A DNA stretch of 63,517 nucleotides, filler included, from Octopus bimaculoides (lineage: Eukaryota): assembly GCF_001194135.2 (NCBI RefSeq). It is 6 parts of 6 records of this genome, joined end to end, with 100 filler letters (N's around TTAATTAATTAA, not from the genome) between each part and the next. Parts side by side here need not be neighbours in the genome. Positions count along the whole stretch, not along the records: positions 50,629 to 56,802 come from NW_026408789.1; positions 56,903 to 59,030 come from NC_068985.1; positions 59,131 to 62,389 come from NC_069007.1; 3 more parts are not named here. The stretch is one strand, 5' to 3'. The position numbers were made by a program, and so were the translations under genes. Shown here in pieces: positions 51,171 through 62,020 of this stretch (position 1 is its first letter; each line of letters opens with the position of its first letter). The notes beneath the pieces are model-generated. The model was not told the origin of the DNA. It made no database searches and was given only the letters and a program-made list of their open reading frames with translations.

Positions 51171-51926
51171 TACACACACATGAACACACACACACACACA
51201 CACGTTACTCTGACAGAGTTGTCTCCCTTACACCACAGTCTTCTCTTTCCCTCAGACGAAATCTGACAAACTCCCAGAATACATTCCATGTTTTGCCTGA
51301 AACCGTAAGGTCGCCATTTTGGCGATCTTAATGGCGGCCTTACGAAAAATATTTTTCATTTTCGACCTCGTCTATCGTACGAACTCGGGATTTTGACAAT
51401 TTAATTATGGAGACAAAATGCAGATTTATACTCAAGGATTTACGGGTAGACAGGCAGAAAGATAAATACATAGATAAATGGACGGATAGACAGATAGACA
51501 AATAGATGGATAGATAGAGGGAGAGAGGGAGAGTCAGACAGTGGGTGGGGACAAACACATACAAACACACACACACATACACACACAGATATGCGCGAGC
51601 GCGCATTTTTCTTTTTTCTTTTTGTTTTTTCCCCCAGCAAAGTTGTTTTACGCTCATTTTTTTTATTTGTTTTTGAGCTCGGCTTCAAACATTCATAGTT
51701 TTAAACCCTTTTTATTGCCTTAAAAAGTTGTTTTGGGGATTATATTTTTGTATGTCAAAGTTGTGCAACAACTGGTGCATTTGTTTGCACGGGAAACCTG
51801 CCCTTTGTGGCGAATTTACCGATATTATCTAATATTATGTACGGCTTTTCTTAGCCATTTTTAGTCGTTTTTGAGACTCGGCCGTCTTTGAAGCCAATTT
51901 TGCAGACAATCTCAGAACGAAAGTCG

Positions 51927-51940
51927 GTCTCCATAGCAAC
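51927..51940. promoter_or_regulatory. RFX X-box (GTCTCCATAGCAAC) in a CpG-rich, promoter-like segment
   Basis: Exact fit to GTHNYY-AT-RRNAAC. The surrounding 51300-52075 is visibly CpG-rich and not a recognised repeat. Confidence 0.4.
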
Positions 51941-52593
51941 TCTCTTTGCGACGTTCGTTTCCTCCCACGCCCTTCACCACGGCTTCGCGAAGGGGGGGGG
52001 GGTTATCCTCGAGGATTTAGGGTAACTTGATCAATAAAGCAAATGAGTTACCAGAATATTGGAATACGTAAAACGACGATGATGATGATGATGATGACGC
52101 TTGTATATGCATACAGATATATATATACATATAAATGGATGAATATACATACATACACACATATATGCACACACAATATAAATACAATATATGTCTATAT
52201 ATCTGTGTGAATGTGTACATATACACACACACACACACACACACACGTGCACACACATTCTCCCCTTCACACACACATCCTAAGGATCTCTTTTGTGAGA
52301 ATTCTACACAGCCACATTCTTCAGGTTGTGCCCAGAAGAAGCAGTCTTCAATGTTTCAGGCCAAGTCAGTCCCAGATCCCTCACAGTTGTCCATGTCCCC
52401 TACTTTGGAATACTCGGCTGCACTTGCCTCCAGCCATTGTCCCCTTTCTCTCAATGCAAAGAGAATTTTAGAAAATCAAGAATTTACTGTCCGGTAATTA
52501 ATATACCTTTATCTATCTTCGTTGACCAAAATCCATGCCACTGTCCACCCTCCTTTATCTTAGGAGGTCATTTTATTCTTTGACAATATGTGT

Positions 52594-52650
<57 letters not shown>

Positions 52651-53381
52651 CATACATGCATATATATATATATGAAGATCGTTGATATATGTCTATACAT
52701 GTGTGCTTGGCATGTGTGTGTCTAGACACAATTGTCTATATATATATATTTATATGTATACATGTGTATATATATTTATATGTTTACATGTGTATATATC
52801 TATCTATCTATATATATATATATATATATATAATATCTGTATATATATGTATATGCATATTTATGTATGTGTGTGTGTATATATCTATCTATCTCTTTAT
52901 TTTTATGTTCGTTATTTCATGTTATACAAAATCATTTCCATATGACCCTGATTAATTACTCAATACTTATTCTAGAGTATATATTTAAAGTATTTTTACA
53001 GGGAAAAGGTTAACAGTGACCTCAAAGTTTTGCCCTATTTCCCTTCTGTCTGTTGTTAGTAAGCAAGCCAAAACTTCAAAGTTACTGTCAACATTTTCCT
53101 TTTAAAAACTTATACATACATATATATATTGTATATGTATGTATGTGTGCGTGCATGTATATAATATATTTGTTTAAAAATGAAGCAGTCCAACCAGCCA
53201 ACGAAGCTGTTATGAGGAACAACAGTCTTGGAGGGGGGGGGTGAAAGACTTGCTGAAGACTTCAATGTGTGGCATCCCCTCCACCCCCTGCTGAACTGCA
53301 GACGAGATCCTTTGCTGTGCATTTTTTTTAGTTTTTTTTTTTCCCATTCATGTGATGCTGTTTGGTTTTTATATTTTTGAA

Positions 53382-53747
53382 TTATATTTTGTGTGGGTTG
53401 TCTGCTGTGGGACACCTGAAGCATTGTGGGATATGGGGGGGGGAGTGCGGTTGTGGGAATGCAAAGGTGCTCGTGCAGTACAAATAGTGGAGCATGTCTG
53501 TGAGAACCGTGGGTTGTGGAGGGAGTGTGTGTGGAGGGTTTGCATGTCGAATGACCAGAGGAATTATGGGATGTGGGGGTCTCGGGTTATTGTGGGAAAT
53601 ATTTGGGGTGGAATTATGCATGCCTTTTATATCTCTGAAATGAAGAGGAAATTGTGGGGGGCTGTGGCTGGGAGACTGATGGTCGGTTGATGGCATAGTC
53701 ATGGATGGATTGGTGTTTCTGTTGTTGGCCACCTCCTCCTCCTCCTC
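53382..53747 (-). CDS. Candidate terminal coding exon, Pro/His/Asn-rich, unknown product
   Basis: Strong minus-strand acceptor tgtattttcag|GAG followed by about 120 open codons (EEEEEVANNRNTNPSM...NPHKI*) in non-repeat DNA. No recognised homology. Confidence 0.3.
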   Translation of the reverse strand, partial: EEEEEVANNRNTNPSMTMPSTDHQSPSHSPPQFPLHFRDIKGMHNSTPNISHNNPRPPHPIIPLVIRHANPPHTLPPQPTVLTDMLHYLYCTSTFAFPQPHSPPHIPQCFRCPTADNPHKI

Positions 53748-55052
53748 CTGAAAATACAATGGAAACTTCTCTTTTCTTTTCTTTATCTTCAAAAGTATTC
53801 ATATATTTCGACAGGGATTCCAAGAAGCCATAAGTCTGGGTGGTGGGTCATTGATGGACGTCTGTAGTGTTACCTCTCTATATGTATGTATATCTTCTTT
53901 TCTTCTTTTACTTGTTTCAGTCATTTGACTGTGGCCATGCTGGAGCACCACAAATCGACCCCAGGACTTATTCTTTGTAAGCCTAGTACTTATTCCGATT
54001 TTTCTGAGGTCAACACTCACAAAAGCACTGACCGTGAACTCTCTCTCTCTCTCTCTCTCTTGCACGGACCTAGGGAGGGTGAAGTATTTTGGCAGTGTAG
54101 TATAAATTCTTTGCCTCTGGGATGGAACCCTAATCCCTCTAAGGCAGTGCTTCCCAACCTTTTCACTACCAAGGAACCCTTTCATTTAAATGAGTTATCC
54201 AACAGACCCCATGATATTGAAAGGTCTGTCAGCTTAAAATGGACTGTGGCAGCATAGATATACCCCGCAGAAACTTGACAAAGATGACCGGTCACTCTCC
54301 ACCTGGATATGACACCAGGCTATTACAGATTGGTTGGCATTGTGTGCTCTGCCCCATGTTTCCTCAGAATCCCTTGGTTCTTCACTAGAAACTTTGGGTT
54401 AAAACAGATGAATATGATATAAATATAAATATATACACACACACATCTGTATTGACCAGACAATCATGTTGTACATCACTGGTCACAATGTGCTTCCAAT
54501 TCCGTTCTGATTGCACCATTCTCTTCCATTCTGGCCTGAATCATTCAACTAAACATCTCGATTCATTTTGTGTTTTTGCGTTCAGCTAAAATAGAGACAC
54601 AATTCCTCATTCAACTGAAGAATTACTACTTCTCGTGGAGGACAGGGTTCATTGTACTTTAACAAAGGAGAGAGAGAGAGAGAGAGAGGTGACAGTGACT
54701 TCGAAGTTTTGGCTTGTTTACCTTCATCAGAATGTCCAAAACTTTAGCATTGTCATCCGCATTTTGTAAAAGTATAAATTTCATGTACACACACACACAA
54801 GCACGCACATACACACATGCACATATGCACACGTGCATGCATCTTTGTGTGTAAAGTAATGCACTGGCACTAGCATGCATATATATATATATATATATAC
54901 TTTGACTGGTATCAACCAGGAACTGTGGCCTTGCTGGGGCACCACCCAAAATGTATATAGATATATATATTATATGTATATATATGTTTGTGTATATTTT
55001 TATATGTGTGTGTTTATATATATATGTATATGTGTGTGTGTTTGTGTATGTA

Positions 55053-55112
<60 letters not shown>

Positions 55113-55540
55113 GACACATGTAAATGCACATATACATGGAGGTGCGTGGCTTAGTGGTCAGGGTGTTGGACCAGGCCATGCATTGTGTTCTTGAGAAAAA
55201 CACTTCATTTCCCATTGCTCCAGTGCACTCAGCTGGTAAAAGTGAGTTCAGCCTGTGATGGACCAGAATCCCATCCAAGTNNNNNNNNNNACACACACAT
55301 GTATATAGGTATGTGTATATATGTTTTTCTGTCTTGTATATACATGGGTGTTTGTATGCTTATGTATATATGTGTTATACATGTATGTATATTTTATTAT
55401 GTCTATCCATCAACATATATATATATAAATCTTTAGTTAAATATACTCAATGAGAATATTATATACTTAATTTATATTGAGTGCTGTATTGTATCGAAGC
55501 ATTAATATTTTTAAGGTATTTATATATTTAATACGAGCGA

Positions 55541-55800
55541 TTATATATATATTTTATAATATATCATTATTAATATCAGGAAATCCATATTAGAAAATTC
55601 ATCAGAAAGATATATACATGTGTAGAATAATTGTTGTATCAAAACTATATCTAAAAATATATGTAAATATGTATAAGTATATTTTTAGATATAGTTTTGA
55701 TACAACAATTATTCTACACATGTATATATCTTTCTGATGAATTTTCTAATATTGATTTCCTGATATTAATAATGATATATTATAAAATATATATATATAA
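55541..55800. repeat. Near-perfect palindrome: about 121-bp arms, 16-nt spacer
   Basis: 55541-55661 is the reverse complement of 55678-55800, with one mismatch and a 2-nt TA indel at the outer edge. Confidence 0.95.
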
Positions 55801-56902
55801 TGTCCATGTTCTCCAACCCTCCTCCATTCCTTTCCCCACAACTCATATTCATTTACATAATCGATATTCTCAAGTTTGAAATTATATAACGTGTGTGTGT
55901 ATATATATATATATATACACACACACATGTACATTACAATATGATATTGCAACTATATGAATATATAACAAGAGAGTTATATATGTACACAAATAAACAT
56001 TTTCAAAATTATGAATTCATAATTAAAATCAATTATTGTTTGTTTTTTATTTTATTTTTTGTTTTCAGAAATAATTGTTCTTGTTGGGACGTTGCAGTGA
56101 CAGACTGAGGCTCAGTGGGGCTCTAGGTATGGTATATCCCTCTGGTGTTTTGATTGTGGCAGTTAAACGACTTGAGTATTACCAGAAGCACATCACCACA
56201 CGTACTCAGCAAGGACATAACGACCACTTGGTAGAGAAACATACGAGAAATGTATTCTATGATGTCTTTGTTAGATATGGAAACTGTTTTAGAAGCTGAA
56301 AAACTCATTTGCTGTTCTGTACTGGTCTGGAGATGTTATATGCAAACACGACACAGCCGAGGGGGTTTGTCTAAATAAATAAAAAGATATGTGTAGAAAA
56401 TTTATATGTGTGTGTGTGTGTAAACTGGAGGTAAGTGTCTTTTCAAAACATTTTCTGCCACATCAAACGCCATGATAGATGCAAGGTGTAGGTACAGGAG
56501 GTGGTAAAACTCTGTATTAAGAGTAGGCAACCACCACGCCAGAGGTAAGAAACAGCTTCGGTTCTCAAGTTAGCAGTGAAGCTGTGAGAATAGGGATAGA
56601 CTGGTGAGAGTTTCAGAGAGCTCCACCACCTTCTGCTGGCCAACAAACACAACCTTTGCGACCAATGCAAGTTCTCCCTTTCAATGAGGCAGTATCTATC
56701 ATTCTAGTAGACTTTAACGGGGAGAAAAACTGCCTTCAGGACACAACACTGGAATTCCGAGACTGTCAAAGGAGACCATTCCGTTCGAACAGGGAAAAAA
56801 AANNNNNNNNNNNNNNNNNNNNNNNNNNNNNNNNNNNNNNNNNNNNTTAATTAATTAANNNNNNNNNNNNNNNNNNNNNNNNNNNNNNNNNNNNNNNNNN
56901 NN

Positions 56903-57368
56903 GGGATATGCCAATACACACAGATAGAGAAATTAAGGCAAATAGACCAGATATAGTTGTCAAAGATCATGAAGGAAAAAATGCTTTCTAATTGATGTAT
57001 CAATACCAGCAGATGACAACGTTTCCCTAAATGAAACGGAGAAACTTTTAAAATACAAAGACCTGGAAATAGAGGTAACACGAATGTGGAATTTAAAAAC
57101 AGAAACAATTCCTATCATAGTAGGCGCCTTAGGTATAATAAAAAAATATTCAGACAAATACATAACAAAACACCAGCACTTACAAATATATATAACATAC
57201 AGAAAATTGCACTACTGGGCACTGCGATAAACACTTTCAATACAGTAAACGTAAGAGCATCACAGCAAACCACAGCACATACCCAAGGCACACAGAGCTG
57301 CGCTCAGTAGTGAAGTGAAAGCACGTTATAAAAATAAAACTACTGAATATTAATAATAATAATAATAA
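56903..57368 (+). mobile_element. Non-LTR retrotransposon 3' end with restriction-like endonuclease (R4/Dong-like), frameshifted
   Basis: WDMPIHTDREIKANRPDIVV...LIDVSIP.D.N...EK..KYKDLEIE..RMW...IPIIVGALG...QKIALLGTA across two 1-nt frameshifts; (AAT)n tail. Confidence 0.85.
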
Positions 57369-58737
57369 CCAACCAAAAGGGCTTGGAGAGATACAATAAA
57401 ATTTGACGAGCGTTAAGCAGGGTCTTATAAAGACGTGTGAAGTGCGACTGTCAAATTAAATTCTGCCTAGTGGACAAAACTTAGAAATAATCCTTACTTG
57501 ATTAACGATACCCACCAGTCTACTCTATCACGCATTCATCAAAATAAATAACATATTTAGGAGAGTCGAAGCAAAACCATTAACCTCTCACGGGTGCACT
57601 TATTTTACATATTTCATTCAATGCTATTTTATCATTTATCTACAATTTCAATCAAAACTGTTACGTAATCACACATATTTCTAGTCGTTTGGAATTAACA
57701 AGAAATTCAAGTAAAAATAGTAACGTGGGCAGTCATCAAGCGAAAATTTGGTTCTGCTCAATGAAAACCACCAATGTTTCACTCGTTAATTTCAGAATCC
57801 AATTCTATCTTCTCACATGCCAGCCACAGTCTTTAAACGACTCATACAATCATTCTCTCTCTTTTCAAACAAAACATATCGTATGACAAAGCTGCAAACA
57901 AAATAAATAGCTTATTCTTGACATCAATATATTCAATTTGGACCGTTTCTTATCTTTATTTAACCCACCGTCGTAGAAAATAGCTTATTAACTGATATTT
58001 AAAGTAAAAAACACAAAAATTCAGTAATTTCGGAGAGGTAATTGTCTGGCAAGTGATTTGATCTGACACGGTGTGCTGGAACGAAAGCAATTACGGCATG
58101 AAAGACACATTTTAGCCATTCAAAACGCGTTATCTTCACTTAAACAGTTATTATTTCGAGTCAAAATTTCTGTTGCACTGTGTCAATGATCAAGTCGCAG
58201 TTAGTGCGATGAAAATTTTGACACTAAATAACAAATGAAGAAAAATACACAAAACTGTTCATAAAGTAGTTTTTGTTAAATATCTTTTAACTGCCACATG
58301 TTTTAGTCATTGGATTGAGAACATGTTGGAGCAACGCCTTCAGGTGGTTTCAGTCGAACAAATTAACCGCAATAATTTATTTGTCTCTTTTGCTAAATTA
58401 CAGGACATGAACAAACCAATACTAGATGTCAATCGGTGAAGTATAAGGACATGCACACTCACATATACTATGGGCTTCCACAGTTTCCGTCTACCAAATT
58501 TGCTCAAAAAAAGTTGGTTGTCCCATGACTATTGTACAAAAAAAAATGTCTAATATGCCACGCAGTGGGACTGAATCAGAAACTAAATGGGTGCAAAGCA
58601 AGTTTTTTTTTACCACAGGGCCATGCCTTGGGCCATGGTAAACTTGTTGAACATTGTAGATGATGCCAAACTGATCTGTCTTTATACTACAACAAAGGCA
58701 ACAAAAGTAGTAATAATTACTTCATTTGTTTGTTTGT

Positions 58738-59030
58738 GTTGGCACTCCGTCGCTTACGACGTCGAGGGTTCCAGTTGATCCAATCAACAGAACAGCCTGC
58801 TCGTGAAATTAACGTGCAAGTGGCTGAGCACTCCACAGACACGTGTACCCTTAATGTAGTTCTCGGGGATATTCAGCGTGACACAGTGTGACAAGGCTGA
58901 CCCTTTAAATTACAGGCACAACAGAAACAAGAAGTAAGAGTGAGAGAAAGTTGTGGTGGAAGAGTACAGCAGGGTTCGTCACCGTCCCCTGCCGGAGCCT
59001 CGTGGAGCTTTAGGTGTTTTCGCTCAATAA
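58738..59030 (-). mobile_element. SINE family C body, cut by an assembly spacer
   Basis: Near-identical to 1385-1680. Confidence 0.8.
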
Positions 59031-59144
59031 NNNNNNNNNNNNNNNNNNNNNNNNNNNNNNNNNNNNNNNNNNNNTTAATTAATTAANNNNNNNNNNNNNN
59101 NNNNNNNNNNNNNNNNNNNNNNNNNNNNNNTATATATATATACT

Positions 59145-59414
59145 GCTGGACTGGCTCCTGTGTAGGTGGCACGTAAAAATCACCATTTTGAGCGTGGCCG
59201 TTGCCAGTACCGCCTGACTGGCCTTTGTGCCGGTGGCACGTAAAAGCACCCACTACACTCTCGGAGTAGTTGGCGTTAGGAAGGGCATCCAGCTGTAGAA
59301 ACTCTGCCAAATCAGATTGGAGCCTGGTGCAGCCATCTGGTTTCACCAGTCCTCAGTCAAGTCGTCCAACCCATGCTAGCATGGAAAGCGGACGTTAAAC
59401 AACGACGATGATGA
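59145..59414 (+). mobile_element. RTE 3' UTR fragment
   Basis: Same 3' UTR consensus, ending gttaaacaacgacgatgatg. Confidence 0.85.
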
Positions 59415-59440
59415 CACACACACACACACACACACATTCA

Positions 59441-59666
59441 TACATGAGTAGGTGATGAAAAGTTCCTGGCTTTGGGTAAAAGAAAATACGGGAGGATCAG
59501 TTAATCATGATCTTATTCAACATATTCTTGTCTCAGATATTCACACACTTATTGCAGCGGTCCTTCACTTTTTTCTAACCCCTGTAAATGAACTCAGAAG
59601 GTTGGGCCTCCAACCAGGCCTTTCATGATACCCTAAAATACAGGAACTTTTCAGCAACCCCTTGTA
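59441..59666. mobile_element. Mariner/Tc1-type MITE
   Basis: Imperfect terminal inverted repeats tacatgagtaggtgatgaaaagttcctg and caggaacttttcagcaaccccttgta, TA ends, about 225 bp, non-coding. Confidence 0.65.
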
Positions 59667-59704
59667 TTTTACTGATTTAAATACTTCTTTTTGTGTCCAT
59701 CCAG

Positions 59705-59871
59705 ATTGAACTGACAAACGACGTCCAGTTTCTGTTACCAATCATGGTTGCTATCATGGTCGCAAAGTGGATCGGTGATTTCTTCACCCACCCTCATTAC
59801 CATTCGTTACTAGAGTTGAAGTGTATCCCATTCTTACCGCCAGAACCACAAGTCGTCATTGACAAGAAACT
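59705..59871 (+). CDS. CLC-family chloride channel/transporter (CLC-6/7-related), exon A: last membrane helices and linker
   Basis: ccag|ATT acceptor and CT|gtacgt donor. Translates IELTNDVQFLLPIMVAIMVAKWIGDFFTHPHYHSLLELKCIPFLPPEPQVVIDKK, matching the CLC pattern E-x-T-N...LPIM...AKW-x-GDFF...Y...L...PFL. Phase 0 to phase 2. Confidence 0.92.
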
Positions 59872-60114
59872 GTACGTAACAACAGACGTTTTACATTTTT
59901 TTAATCTTTTTTTTTTTTTTTTTTTTAATTTTATATTACAATTTCTGAAAACTGGTCTGATTGGTTATTGGATTACAACAGATCAATCATCAATTTTCTA
60001 CTTTTCCGATTTCTCTTTTATTTTTTTCTCTTTTATTTTTTTCTGTTTCTTGTTAATGTTTATATCATTCGTTGATATATACATGAGCAAAAGATATACA
60101 TCTGCACACAAACT

Positions 60115-60148
<34 letters not shown>

Positions 60149-60261
60149 TACACAGACACACACACAAACGAAATGAGAGTAGGGGTGGGGAAACAACTTT
60201 TATTTCTAGTTGGATTTCTTGTGATTGGAAAAACGTGGATTTTTTTTGGTCTGTTTTATTT

Positions 60262-60441
60262 TTTGATTCTTTTACTTGTTTCAGTCATTTGACTGTGGCC
60301 ATGCAAGAGCACCGCCTCTAGTTGAACTAATCGACCCCAGGACTTATTCTTTGTTAGCCTAGTACTTATTCTAGCGGTCTCTTTTGCCGAACCACTACAT
60401 TATGGGGACGTAAACAGACCAAGATCAGTTGTCAAGCGACT
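60262..60441 (-). mobile_element. SINE family A tail half, antisense, inside a CLC intron
   Basis: cttttacttgtttcagtcatttgactg...gttgtcaagcg. Confidence 0.8.
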
Positions 60442-60473
60442 GTAATTAAATTCCATTTTTCTTTAAATTTCAG

Positions 60474-60650
60474 AATTAATCTCGATCTTTTCAAAGTTTC
60501 CGATGTCATGTCTCATCCTGTAATTGTTGTAAAAGAACGAGAATCAGTCGATGTCCTTGCTAGACTTCTCCGTGAGACTCAGCATGGAGGCTTTCCAATT
60601 GTCAGGACCAAGGGTAACGTGGATTCTTCATTCTGTGGAATCATTACTCG
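60474..60650 (+). CDS. CLC-family transporter, exon B: CBS1 domain
   Basis: tttcag|A acceptor and CG|gtaaga donor; phase 2-2, in frame with exon A. Translates INLDLFKVSDVMSHPVIVVKERESVDVLARLLRETQHGGFPIVRTKGNVDSSFCGIITR, with the CBS signatures DVM-x-x-PV, H-x-GFP-I-V and G-I-I-T-R. Confidence 0.92.
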
Positions 60651-60907
60651 GTAAGATAAACGACCTGAAATTAATGATTTCTTAAATGTCAATTTTGTTG
60701 TCACTGAAGCTAGGTACCAATTCCTTCCAGGAATTAATTCATTGCTAAGAAACTTGTTAAAGTTAGTCTTCGTAATAGATGTCAATAGAATTATAATAGA
60801 AAACTAAGACTAAAACAAAACAAAACAAAACAAGTACTGGAGTCAGTTCTAGTTTGATCTCTTGTTTGCCCTAACTAAAAGAAGTGTGATGTATTTCTTG
60901 TTCCCAG

Positions 60908-61004
60908 GCAGGAACTCAATGTGCTGATGTTGCAGGAAGAATTGTTTGAGAGTCCGGACGCGCAGAACGAGTTGTACGATGTCACTTTAATAGAATACAC
61001 CGAG
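60908..61004 (+). CDS. CLC-family transporter, exon C: end of CBS1 and inter-CBS linker
   Basis: ttcccag|G acceptor and GAG|gtaggt donor; phase 2 to 0 completes the Arg codon. Open frame QELNVLMLQEELFESPDAQNELYDVTLIEYTE. Confidence 0.8.
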
Positions 61005-61184
61005 GTAGGTGGTGACTGATGGGTGGGTTTGTGGGTTGAATGGTTGGCACCAATTGGTGCCCACTAGTTACCTTTTTGGGAAGATCTTAACATCATTGTT
61101 GTTGTTGTTGTGATGAGGATAACGATGATGATCTTTGACACCCTTATTATCACCATCATTGTGGTCCTTTCCAGTAAAGAAACA

Positions 61185-61485
61185 TTATCTATCTATCTGT
61201 CTGTCTGTCTGTCTGTCTGTCCATCTATCTATCTCTCTATCTATCTATCTATCTATCTATCTATTTTTTTTTTCGATCCCTTTTGATCGACCCCCACCTT
61301 TTTTTTCCTTCTCCCTCCCAAAAAGAAAAGCTCTACATTGTATTTGTCCCATCTTCGTTGAGCCCTGTGTGGCTAATAAAAGAAATGTATCTATCTATCT
61401 ATCTATCTATCTATCTGTCTGTCTGTCGGTTTATCCACCTGTCTATCTATCTATCTATCTTTCTATCTACCTACCTACCTACCTA

Positions 61486-61519
<34 letters not shown>

Positions 61520-61557
61520 GGCCTATCTATCTATCTGTTTGACTGTCTCTCTGTCTG

Positions 61558-61588
<31 letters not shown>

Positions 61589-61685
61589 GTTTCTATTTAT
61601 CTACATTGATATGTATCTATAATACACATATTTATTGTCTGAACATACATACATACATACACACATACATACATACATACATATG
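61185..61685 (+). repeat. (TCTA)n/(TCTG)n/(CATA)n tract in a CLC intron
   Basis: Direct reading. Confidence 0.9.
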
Positions 61686-61716
61686 TACTCACATATACAT
61701 CTTCATTCTGTTTCAG

Positions 61717-61812
61717 TTACGTCCAGACAGAGCAGGCCAACCTGCTGGTCTGGATGAGAAGCTTAAGGCTTATGTATCAAACCGACAATATACACAGCTT
61801 TTTGTGGACTTG
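61717..61812 (+). CDS. CLC-family transporter, exon D: inter-CBS linker up to the start of CBS2
   Basis: tttcag|TTA acceptor and TTG|gtaagt donor; 96 nt, phase 0-0. LRPDRAGQPAGLDEKLKAYVSNRQYTQLFVDL ends in the VDL motif that precedes CBS2 in CLC-6/7-type proteins. Confidence 0.8.
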
Positions 61813-61983
61813 GTAAGTATGTGGAAGCATGTTACTTATCTTGTCATATATATATGGACAGTTGTGTGTGTGTGTGTGTGTATATATACATAATGCAAAA
61901 GATACTACAATAAGGTGAAGTAAAAACAAATAAATGGAGTTGGTATTAGGTTGGTGCTCAGAAAGTTGGGGAAAAAGGAAATG

Positions 61984-62020
61984 TTTCTAACATTTCGAGT
62001 CTATGCTCTTCTTCTGAAAA
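61984..62020 (-). ncRNA. Degenerate hammerhead-like motif, same repeat family as 20636-20671
   Basis: Minus strand: tttt CAGAAGA a gagc atag actc GAAA tgtta gaaa. The following sequence resembles 20670-20740. Confidence 0.3.

Noticed and set aside
54145-54400. hAT-type element starting cagtgcttcccaacctttt
   Set aside because: No convincing matching right terminus or 8-bp target-site duplication.
56069-56126. 58-nt exon read through TGA as selenocysteine or via A-to-I editing to Trp
   Set aside because: No selenoprotein motif, no SECIS identified and no homology; purely speculative.
56520-56802. APE endonuclease relic (IILVDFNG resembling GDFN)
   Set aside because: A single weak motif, truncated by a spacer; insufficient to call.
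1-59700. Upstream CLC exons (GSG-x-PE, G-x-EGP, FGAP-x-GG motifs)
   Set aside because: None found by eye; they are probably in gaps or on other contigs, given the synthetic joins.
59872-60292. Hydrophobic C-terminal extension of the 199-aa ORF 59693-60292
   Set aside because: Read-through into a T-rich intron past the gtacgt donor; the true frame continues at 60474.
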